DNA of 63,620 bases, filler included, from Atractiella rhizophila (lineage: Eukaryota), in assembly GCA_021432655.1 (NCBI GenBank). It is 5 parts of 5 records of this genome, joined end to end, with 100 filler letters (N's around TTAATTAATTAA, not from the genome) between each part and the next. Parts side by side here need not be neighbours in the genome. Positions count along the whole stretch, not along the records: positions 1 to 15,280 come from MU271938.1; 4 more parts are not named here. The stretch is one strand, 5' to 3'. The first letter of the stretch is position 1. The number at the start of each line of letters is the position of its first letter. The notes under the pieces were generated by a model that worked only from the letters and a program-made list of their open reading frames with translations, ran no database searches and had not been told where the DNA came from. This document shows, piece by piece, positions 1 through 9,617 of the stretch. A program made the translations under genes and the position numbers.

Positions 1-42
1 TATTCAACCTTGTTCCGCAATCCAAAATCTTGTTTCGCTGAC

Positions 43-3000
43 ATGACTACAAATCCCGTCAATGTATTCAAAGTTCTTGAAAACGTGAAGAGAGCGAATC
101 CGCTGGGACTACGAATCCTCTGCATCGACAATGGAGGCGTCGGCACTTTTTCAGCTCCCTACATGCTCGAACCCATCATGCGTCAAGCCGCACATCTTCT
201 CGACGTTCCAGAGGACGAAGAGCTTCGACCTTGCGACGTCTTTGATCTCATTTGTGGGACTTCTACCGGCGGATGGATCGCACTTCTGCTGGGGAGGCTG
301 GGAATGACCGTTCGTCAGTGCATTGCAGCATATGAAGAGATTGTGAGCAAGGTCTTTCGAGACGAGGATTCAGACCCTAGCGGCGCGTTCATGTTCTCGG
401 CGGAGAAGCTCGAAGAGACTCTGATTACCATCATCCAGCGACACACGCAATCTGCCGAAGATTCTGCCAAGTCACTTCCAATGAAGGACCCTTCTCTAGA
501 GCACAGATGCAGAACCCTCGTTCTATCCGCCTATCAGGCTACTGTTGTCGTTTCTACGGAGATGCGCACTTACGATATTGGTGGATCTGGCCCTCGCATC
601 GCTTGTCCATATTCCGTGTGGGAAGCCGCAAGAGCCACCTCGGCTCATCCTCCCTTCTTTGCTCCTATGAGCAAGGACTCTACCGGCTACGTCCAGCTAT
701 GTGACAACAACCCTGCAGCAGTAGCTTTGGACGAGGCCATGCGAATTTGGGGACGCAGCAATGAGATTGCTTGTCTTTTGTCTCTTGGTCCAGGCGTTAC
801 ACGCGCCGTCAAGCCGGGCCACACTCGGGATGATGTTGAACATGCGTTGAAGGCGATACTCGCAGATTGCTCAAAGGTTTCGAAGGACGTGAAGGAGAAG
901 ATGCAAGTTGGTGGGATGGGCCATTGCTATCATCGATTCTCGGTTGATACATTCGGAGGCTTCAAATGGGAGGACTGGGAGCGAAAGGAGGATGTTGTAG
1001 GCTGCACAAAGGCTTACATGGAAGCAATGAATCATGAAGTGTTCGCCGTGGCTAAGTCGCTCGTCCAAGGTATTCTCCATGACTGCATATTGCTGCATGC
1101 TGACGTCCCCTTATTCAGAATTTAAGGAACGCATTGCAGTACGCAGGAAACTCCCGTTACCTCCTCCAGGGGCTTGTTACGGAAGAGGTGACGAAGTTAC
1201 GGACGCGCTCAACTGCATCCTCACTGACCGCAAGCATCTTGCAATCATCGGTGGGGCTGGGAATGGGAAGTCTACTGTGGCTCTACAAGTTCTGCATGCC
1301 AAGGAAGTCAAAGATGCTTTCACAAGCACAGCGAAAGGTACCAGGCAAGATCTTCGGTTCTGGGCAAGTTGCGACGCTTTGACTACATTTTCATCCCTCT
1401 CCACGAGCCTTTGCAGACAGGTCTTCGGGATAGCTCCTCTACCTACCGAAAGCGAACTTGCTGCTGTCGCAAGATATTTCAGCAGTCACAGATGTCTCCT
1501 TGTCTTAGACAATTTTGAGACCCCTGCGGAATGCGACAAGGAAAACCTGCAGCCATTCTTTCAAGCTCTTCTTTCTGGCAACAATGAGATCGGTTCCATC
1601 CTCATTGTGGCACACCGAGGTTATCAGGCCTATCGGGTGAACGTCACAGGAGGGAAGTTTCAAAGTGTGGTGATCAGCGGCCTCAGCGACCACGGTGCAC
1701 TGGAATTCTTCACGGAGGCGTACACGGGAGAAGAGGATTGTACAGAAGAGCTACTCAAGACTGTTTTCACCGCACTGGATCATCACACCTTGTCCATCAA
1801 GCTATTTGTTCTTCGTGCCAACGCAGAATCTCCTAGGAGAGTGTCGGCCCTGTTGAAGGAGTGGGAAGCGGTGAAGATAGGTGTATTGTGGGACAAAGAT
1901 AGTGACGAAACCCCAACTCTTAAGAAGTCGATATATTTTTCACTTAGTTCGCATCGTCTTAAAATGCATGAGGATATGAGCATGTTTATTCTTGCTCTCT
2001 TATCCTGGACCCCTCAAGGCCTTCTGGACAGTGACATTCGGGCTATTGTGAACAAGGCCTCTCTTCCTTCTCTGGAGCAACCTTATGTGATCATTAATGC
2101 GATTTTGTGTGTCGGACTTGCTGAGAATGCATACGATACCCTGGCAGACTCAACACGATTTCGCATGCTGGCACCTATTCGTGAACACATTAATCACTTG
2201 GTCCTGCACTCTCTTCCTCCTTTCAACAATGCTGTTGCTTCATCCCTCCAGCCCGTAACGGACGTTCTTATCGATGTAGCTCGGGAAAATGTTCGGCAGT
2301 ATAAATATGAAGGTGAACGGATAGGGTTGCTGACATTCCGCAGCGATTATCCAAACATTGAATATGTTCTTCTGGCTGCTTTGGAACATCTCCAAAACAA
2401 GACAGTTACAGTCCATTTTCTAGTGGAAATGTGGCAATTTCTCTACCAGCAGAGCCTCCTCTCAATCAAATTACTCCAGCAGGCTCTGTCCATCGCGAAA
2501 TCTATAAGTTCTCCCCTGGAATTTAAAGCTGTTTTGACCATGGCTCTGGGGCTTGCATTCAGACATCAGGGGAGTAAAAAACAGGCCATGACACAATTTG
2601 AGGAGGCGAAGAAGCTGTATCTGAAGGTGGAAGACAAGCAGGGGCAAGCTTACTGCATTCACAGCATGGGGCAGATTGAGGAGCATCACGGGCAGATAGA
2701 GGAAGCGCTGAAACGATTCGAGGAGGCAAAGGAGCTGTATCTGAAGGTGGAAGACAAGCAGGGGCAAGCCCACTGCATTCAGAGCATGGGGAAGATCGAG
2801 CAGCATCACGGGAGGATGGAGGAAGCGCTGAAACGATTTGAGGAGGCAAAGGAGCTGTATCTGAAGGTGGATGATCAGCTGGGGCAAGCCCACTGCATTT
2901 ACAGCATGGGGGAGATCGAGCAGCATCACGGGCGGATGGAGGAAGCACTGAAACGATTTGAGGAGGCGAAGGAGCTGTATCTGAAGGTGGATGATCAGCA

Positions 3001-3901
3001 GGGGCAAGCCCACTGCATTTACAGCATGGGGGAGATCGAGCAGCATCACGGGCGGATGGAGGAAGCGCTGAAACGATTCGAGGAGGCGAAGGAGCTGTAT
3101 CTGAAGGTGGAAGATCAGCTGGGGCAAGCCCACTGCATTCGGAGCATGGGGGAGATTGAGCAGCGTCATGGGCGGATGGAGGAAGCGCTGAAACGATTCG
3201 AGGAGGCGAAGGAGCTGTATCTGAAGGTGGAAGATCAGCAGGGGCAAGCCCACTGCATTCGGAGCATGGGGAAGATCGAGCAGCGTCACGGGCGGATGGA
3301 GGAAGCGCTGAAACGATTTGAGGAGGCAAAGGAGCTGTATCTGAAGGTGGAAGATCAGCTGGGGCAAGCCCACTGCATTCGGAGCATGGGGGAGATTGAG
3401 CAGCATCACGGGCGGATGGAGGAAGCGCTGAAACGATTTGAGGAGGCAAAGGAGCTGTATCTGAAGGTGGAAGATCAGCTGGGGCAAGCCCACTGCATTC
3501 AGAGCATGGGGGAGATTGAGCAGCATCGTGGGCGAATGGAGGAAGCGCTGAAACGATTCGAGGAGGCAAAGGAGCTGTATCTGAAGGTGGATGATCGGCA
3601 GGGGCAAGCCCACTGCATTCGGAGCATGGGGGAGATCGAGCAGCATCACGGGCGGATGGAGGAAGCGCTGAAACAATTCGAGAAGGCGAAGGAGCTGTAT
3701 CTAAAGGTGGAAGACCAGCAGGGGCAAGCCCACTGCATTCGGAACATGGGGAAGATCGAGCAGCGTCACGGGCGGATGGAGGAAGCGCTGAAACGATTCG
3801 AGGAGGCGAAGGAGCTGTACCTGAAGGTGGAAGACAAGCAGGGGCAACCCAACTGCTTACAGAGCATGAGGAACATTGAGCATCAAGACAGCAGGGGATG
3901 A
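43..3901 (+). CDS. Patatin-like domain - NB-ARC (STAND NTPase) - TPR NLR-type protein (PLP-1-like architecture); join(43..1069,1119..3901), ~1269 aa
   Basis: Patatin motifs LCIDNGG, FDLICGTSTGG (GxSxG) and WEAARATSA. The 49-nt GT..AG intron 1070-1118 (branch GCTGAC) joins ORF 10..1125 in frame to ORF 1034..3901. P-loop GGAGNGKS, Walker B LLVLDNFE, and C-terminal 40-aa TPR repeats. The 3' end is frameshifted. Confidence 0.92.
2639..3901 (+). repeat. Intragenic array of ten near-identical 120-bp (40-aa) TPR units plus a partial eleventh
   Basis: GGGGCAAGC recurs at exact 120-nt spacing from 2641 to 3721 (variant GGGGCAACC at 3841). Consensus QGQAHCIxSMGEIEQHHGRMEEALKRFEEAKELYLKVEDQ. Confidence 0.97.
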
Positions 3902-4352
3902 ACGAAGCGCTGAAACGATTCGACGAGGCAAAGCAGCTCAATTTGAAGTGGGACCGTCGGTGGCTACCTACGAAGCTGTCAGCAGAAAGAACCTGGCCGA
4001 ACTCCTCTTCCAATCGTCCCAGTTCCTCCGTGCGACGCAGGAAAACCAATCTCGCCCGTCAGATTTACGCAGATTGCTCTGCCAGCTCCGATGTTGATGG
4101 TTGTGACACTCTGCTGCGGACAATTCAGCTCATTGAGAGTTTTCCTGGTTAAGACGTGTCATCCAAATAGTTTTGGTACTTTCCTTTCCCTTCACCTTGT
4201 GCAAGCAGACCTCCTGGTGCAGGATGTAACATTCTGCCTGAGCAACGCTGTCATCGTTATAAAATCGATGTTTCATTATGACCTGAAATGTAGACACAAT
4301 CCTCCTGATACTCGGAAGGTTACATGCCTTTACGCGAAGTTGTGGTGGTTGC
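3860..4352 (+). pseudogene. Frameshifted C-terminal cap and 3' flank of the NLR (cap copy 1)
   Basis: Homologous to 6800-7287: YEAVSRKNLAELLFQSSQF and LARQIYADCSASSDVDGCDTLL lie in different frames here but in one frame in the second copy. Confidence 0.8.
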
Positions 4353-4384
4353 GCGCAAATAAGATTATGTTCTCATCTATCCAA

Positions 4385-4419
4385 CTACTAACAGTACTTT
4401 AGGGTTCAACCCTGCCTCT
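4385..4419. repeat. 35-bp direct repeat, left copy (contains AGGGTT-C-AACCCT palindrome)
   Basis: CTACTAACAGTACTTTAGGGTTCAACCCTGCCTCT is identical at 6465-6499. Confidence 0.9.
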
Positions 4420-4809
4420 ACTACTATTCCTTCATGACGGAACTACTATTCCTTCGCGACGGAACTGTTCCGTCAGTCAAATTTGGCTGGGGAACGGAGT
4501 TAGGGTCAGGGCCATGGTGAGTCCCGTCAGCCCAGTCGCGAGGCTCTCACTAACGGAACTAACCTGACGGGACGGAACGCACCGTTGAGTCCCGTCAGCT
4601 CGGACGCGACGGCCAAATTGTCTCGCGAGGTTGGGATCAGCCCCGACATGAACTCGCTCAACATGCGAGGTTCATCGCGAGGGCGCCAAGTTCACTACCA
4701 GTCGCGAAGTGGGCACTTCGGGTCACTGGCTGGCTGTGACGTGTGAAGTGCCTTCTAGTTGAAAGGTCAAGTTTGGTTCAGCGATGGGTTCAACCTGCGA
4801 AAGGCTGCT

Positions 4810-5290
4810 GTAGTTGAGAGGGAGCAGGCTCGCAAGAAAGCAGATGCGCGAGAGAGTAAACTCGTGAGACTGCAAACGTGAGAGAGCACACTCGCGAGAC
4901 AGCAAGCTAGCGAGACAGTAAACCAGTGAGAATGCCAACTTGTGAGACAGCAAACTAGCAAGAATGCAAACTAGCGAGACAACAAACGCGAAAGAGCAAA
5001 CTAGCGAGACAGCAAACATGCGAGACGGCCAACGCGCGAGACAGCAAAAACCTGCGAGACGGCCAACTAGCCAGAATGTGAGCTCGCGAGAATACAAACT
5101 CTGTGAGAGAGCAAACTGGCGAGATGGCCAACTAGCGAGAATGCCAACTTGCAAGCATGCCAACTCGCCAGCATGCAAACTCGCGAGACTGCAAACGTGA
5201 GAGAGCAAACTAGCGAGACTGCAAATTTGTGAGACTGCAAACTCGTGCAACTCCAAACTCGTGAGAGACCAAACGCGTGACGTGAATCCA
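4810..5290. repeat. Degenerate CpG-rich minisatellite (GCAAACTMGCGAGAC-like units, ~16-17 bp)
   Basis: Repeated gcaaactagcgagac / gcaaactcgcgagac variants; only low-complexity spurious ORFs. Confidence 0.85.
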
Positions 5291-5339
5291 AATGCAAGTT
5301 TGCAGCAGTCCTGGTTTCACAAATGCCAACAGGACTTTG

Positions 5340-6464
5340 GCAGAGCGGGACCGTCTTCGCTTCAGCACTTATGGTTTTGCTGAAGTAAGCACGAGCTTGT
5401 GAGAGTGAGACTGGCTTTGCATCTGCGCTGCCAGTTTTGCTGCAGTGAACAGGAGTTTACCAGAGCGAGCCAGGCTTTGCAGGAGCGAAGTGACTTCGTC
5501 CAAGCAAGTCTGGCTGCACCCCAGCGAACTGCACTTCTCTTGAGCAAGCCAAGGTGCACTGGAGCGAGCCAGGCTTCGCAGGAGCAAACTGCACTTCGCC
5601 GGAGCGAGCCAGACTTCGCTGAAGCGAACTGGTTTCGCCGAAGCAAGCCTGACTTTGCTGCAGCGAACTGCACTTCACCCGAGTGAGTCTGCCTTCGAAG
5701 GAGCGAGCCTGGGCTTGCTGGAGCGAACTGACTTCGTCCTAGCGAGCCTGCCTTCGCTGGAGCGAGCCAGACTTCGCAGGAGCGAACTGACTTCGTCCTA
5801 GTGAGCCTGCCTTCGCTGGAGCGAGTCAGACTTCGCAGGAGCGAACTGTGCTTCGCTGGAGCGAGTCAGGCTTCGCAGGAGCGAACTTACTTCATCCTAG
5901 CGAGCCTGCCTTCGCTGGAGCGAACTTACTTCATCCTAGTGAGCCTGCCTTCGCTGGAGCGAACAGCACTTCGCTGGAGCGAACTTACTTCATCCTAGCG
6001 AGCCTGGCTTCGCTAGAGCGAACAGCACTTCGCTGGAGCGAGTCAGACTTCGCAGGAGCGAACTGTGCTTCGCTGCTGAAGCGAGTCAGGCTTCACAGGA
6101 ACGAACTTACTTCATCCTAGCGAGCCTGCCTTCGCTGGAGCGAGCCAGACTTTGCTGAAGCGAACTGGCTTCGCCCAAGCAAGTTTGACTTTGCTCCAGC
6201 GAACTGCACTTCGCTCGAGCGAGCCAGGCTTCGCTGGAGCGAACTTACTTCATCCTAGCGAGCCTGCCTTTGCTGGAGCGAACAGCACTTCGCTGGAGCG
6301 AGCCAGACTTTGCAGGAGTGAACGGACTTCGTCCTAGCGAGCCTGACTTCGCTAGAGCGAACAGCACTTCGCTGGAGTGAGCCAGACTTCGCAGGAGCGA
6401 ACTGACTTCGTCCTAGCGAGCCAGACTTCGTTAGAGCGAACTGACTTCATCCTAGCGAGCCTGC
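5340..6464. repeat. Degenerate CpG-rich minisatellite (GAGCGARC...CTTCGC units, ~20 bp, with higher-order blocks)
   Basis: Dozens of gagcgagccagacttcgc / gagcgaactgacttcgtcctagcgagcctgccttcgctg variants. Confidence 0.9.
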
Positions 6465-6480
6465 CTACTAACAGTACTTT

Positions 6481-6645
6481 AGGGTTCAACCCTGCCTCTT
6501 TCAGGAATGAAATCCAGGCTGAATCCTTGCCTCCTGGGCACCTAGGGTACAACCCTGCCTCTGTCAGGAACAGGATCCTGGCTGGATCCTTGCCTCCTGG
6601 CTGCCTAGGGTACAACTCTACCTCTATCAAGAACAAGATCCTGGC
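6481..6645. repeat. 63-bp tandem repeat (about 2.6 units, runs into a gap)
   Basis: Units start AGGGT(T/A)CAAC at 6481, 6544 and 6607. Confidence 0.85.
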
Positions 6646-6670
6646 NNNNNNNNNNNNNNNNNNNNNNNNN

Positions 6671-7143
6671 AGCAGGGGCAAGCCCACTGCATTCGGAGCA
6701 TGGGGGAGATCGAGCAGCATCACGGGCGGATGGAGGAAGCACTGAAACGATTCGAGGAGGCAAAGGAGCTGTATCTGAAGGTGGAAGATGTCGGAGGTCA
6801 ACTCATCTGTCTTACCGGCATGAGTTCCGTTTATGCTCAAGACCGGCAGGGCATGTCGGAGGCGATCAAGCTTTGCGAGCAAGCAGTCAATTTGAGTAAG
6901 ACAGTCAGTGGCTACTACGAAGCTGTCAGCAGAAAAGCCCTGGCTAAATGCCTCTTCCAATCGTCCCAGTTCCGCCGTGCGTCAGAGGAAACCACTCTCG
7001 CCCATCAGATTTATGCAGATTGTTCTGCCAGCTCCGAAGTTGATGATTGTGACACTCTACTGCAGGTAATTCAGCTCATTGAGAGTTTGCAAAAGTTGTC
7101 GAAATCGTTTTGTACTTTCCCTTCTCTCCTCTTTGTAAGCTGA
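6671..7143 (+). CDS. 3' part of a second NLR copy: one TPR unit plus an intact C-terminal cap (5' end lost in gap 6646-6670)
   Basis: TPR unit essentially identical to those of the first gene, followed in frame by EDVGGQLICLTG...YEAVSRKALAKCLFQSSQF...CDTLLQVIQLIESL. Confidence 0.75.
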
Positions 7144-7300
7144 CCTCCCAGTGCAGGATGTAATACTTGCCTAAGCAACACTTTTATCCATCATAAAATC
7201 GATGCTTTGATTACAATCTGAAATGTAAACACGATCCTCCTGATCTAGAAGGTTATATGCCTTTTACAAAAGGTTGTAGTGGTCGTGCTTTCATGAGACG

Positions 7301-9015
7301 CGATCCCTAGGGTTAGCGTTCAAGCTACAGGGGGATCTCCAACAGGCACTAAAGCATCTTGAGGATGCTAAGGAGCTCTATCACCAGGTGGAAGATCAGC
7401 GGGGTGAAGCCCATTCCATTTGTGGCATAGGGGAGATTGAGCAATATCAGAGGAGAAATAAGGAAGCACTCATGCAGTTCGAGAAAGTGAAGCAGCTGTA
7501 CGTGAAGATAGGAGATAGGCTAGGGGAGGCACACTGCTTCCGCAGCGTGGCAGAGATCAGCAACCATTGTATACAGAAGGAGGAAGCTTCGAAACAGTTT
7601 GAGGTAGCAAAACAGATGTATCTGAATGTGAAAGATCGACTAGGCCTGGCCCACTGCACCTTCAGCATTGGGGTGATTGAATGGTTTCGTGGGCAGATTA
7701 GTGAAGCGCTGGAACATTTTAAGGAGGCAAAAGAGCTGTATCTGAAGGTAGAGAACAGACATGGGCAAGCCACTTGCAATCACAAATTGGGGGAGATTAA
7801 GCGGCTGCATGGGTGGAATAAGGAAGTACTGAAACTTTGGGAGGAGGCAAGGCAGCTGTATGAGGAGGCGAAGGAGCAGGATGGCCAAGCACACTGCATT
7901 CACAGCATAGGGAATGTAAAGTTTCAGCGTGGAGGGAATGAGGAAGCGCTGAAACATTTCAAAGCAGCAAACTCTCTCTATGTGTGGCTGGGAGATTGGC
8001 AAGGACAAGCCCACTGTACTTATGGCATCGTGGAGATCGAGGCATTGCATGGGCAGAGTAAGGAAGCACGGAAACACCTTGGGCAGGCCAAGGAGCTTTA
8101 TTTATTGGCAGATGATTAACTTGGTGTTTCTCATTCAATTCATCGCGTGGCGATGGTGAATCTGCTTTGTGGGCAGAATGAGAAAGCGCAGAAATGGTTC
8201 GAGGAGGCAAAGGATCACTATGTAAAATTGGAAGATCAACAGCGCCAAGCCCACTGTATTCGTGATATAGAGAGGATCAAGCTGCTTTATGAGCAGAATG
8301 AGGAAGCTTTGTTACAGTTTGAGGAGGCAAAGCGACTGTATCTGTGTGAGGAAGATAAGCAAGGTCTACCCAGCTGCCTTCAGTTCATAGAGGAGATTGA
8401 GCTGATTTACCGGTGTAACGAGGATGCGCTACAACATTTCGAGGAAGCAAATGTCAGGATGGCTATAGACCAACAGCTAACCAACTGAACTAAAAGAGCT
8501 AATGATGGGTGTTTACACCCATCTTGGTCTGTACTTAAGGTATATCAGGGGCTCGAACCCTGACAGCAAAGGGGTTCCATCTTCAGACAGAAGATCCGCG
8601 TGGTCAAGCCACTTGCATTCAAGGTATAGGGAAGATCAAGCAGCTTTATGCACAGACTGAGGAAGTACTGAAAAACTTTCAGGAGGCAAGGGAGCTTTTT
8701 GTAGTGGCTGAAGATCTGGGAGGTCAACTCAGCTACCTTATGAACATAGGTCAAGTTTATGCTCAAGACTGCCAGATTTCCAAGGTGATTGAGGTTTGTG
8801 AGGTAGCCGTGATTTTGAGCCGTGCAGTAGGTGGCCACAATGAAGCTCGTAGCAGGAAGTCTCTTGTCCTAGCTCTCTTCCTATCATCTCAGCACTCTGG
8901 TGCTAGAGAGGAGTTTATTCTTGCGCATCAATGCTTCGCTGATTGTTTGATATATTCCAAAGTACATGATTGTGATGATTGGCTTCACAGGATTGATCAG
9001 GTGGGCTTCCAATAG
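7301..9015 (+). pseudogene. Headless, diverged TPR array plus cap (third module), pseudogenised
   Basis: Starts SLGLAFKLQGDLQQALKHLEDAKELY, homologous to the NLR's first TPR ALGLAFRHQGSKKQAMTQFEEAKKLY. It has 40-aa TPR units, an in-frame TAA at 8117-8119 and a solo-LTR insertion, and ends in cap EDLGGQLSYL...HDCDDWLHRID. Confidence 0.85.
8452..8565. mobile_element. 114-bp solo LTR-like insertion with 5-bp TSD
   Basis: Ends TGTCAGG...CCTGACA, flanked by GCAAA at 8447-8451 and 8566-8570. Removing 119 bp restores the TPR frame (EEAKGFHLQTEDPRGQATCIQGIG). Confidence 0.85.
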
Positions 9016-9493
9016 TTTAGTATATGTCCTTTCACACCACCTTATGCTCGCTAACATCGTTTAGGAGAATGTAAGCAATGCTGTCATCTGGACTGGATGT
9101 CTGGTTCATCTTGCCTTTTGAGGATCTGTTACCTGCTCCTCGGCACTTTGCCATTTCAAGGAGTTTTTGACAAAATATATGTTTGTATGCTCGGCATTGC
9201 TAAAACAACAAATACCTTGCACCAAACAATTCTGAAATCATTTTATAGCCTCTACTATTATTCCTCTGTAATGGCACTGTTCTATCAGTCCAGCACTGCA
9301 ACCAGTACAGTATATGGGTATGGCCGTAAAAATACTGGCAGTATCCACCATTTCCAATGCGGTAGGCATATGGACAACCTTATAGCGTCAGCTCAGTCTC
9401 TTAATACTGGTGGCGTATATGTGGTAATGGAATATCATATTTCAAGCTTCCGAGAACCCACCCAAATTACCATTTCTTTGGCTTTCTTGCACC

Positions 9494-9613
9494 TTACATC
9501 AGCCATGCCTTTGACATCATGGTTTCAGCAAGGATGGATGCAGACATTGAGCCCCTCTGATGGGTATTGATGTTTTTGGCCCATGAAAAAAGATGTTCAA
9601 CATCAGCTGTTGA
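9494..9613 (-). pseudogene. hAT transposase C-terminal dimerisation-domain relic
   Basis: Minus strand reads STADVEHLFSWAKNINTHQRGSMSASILAETMMSKAW, resembling the hAT S..VERLFS...R..L...W motif. It abuts the Harbinger left TIR. Confidence 0.6.
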
Positions 9614-9617
9614 ATTA

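Noticed and set aside
1034..1125. Overlapping ORFs suggesting two genes or a programmed frameshift between patatin and NB-ARC
   Set aside because: A canonical 49-nt intron (1070-1118) joins them in frame.
2471..4049. Long antisense ORFs (401 and 496 aa)
   Set aside because: They are shadows of the stop-free 120-bp repeat and have no independent coding features.
4700..4760. Helitron 3' end (GTCAC..GTGAC hairpin followed by CTAG)
   Set aside because: The hairpin is weak and I see no matching 5' TC end or Rep/helicase remnant.
4810..6464. CRISPR-like array or repeat-protein ORFs
   Set aside because: Units are degenerate and contiguous with no unique spacers, the context is eukaryotic and there are no cas genes.
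2560..7340. Alternative splicing of the NB-ARC head onto downstream TPR modules
   Set aside because: No convincing GT donor at the matching position, and module 3 carries a stop and an insertion.
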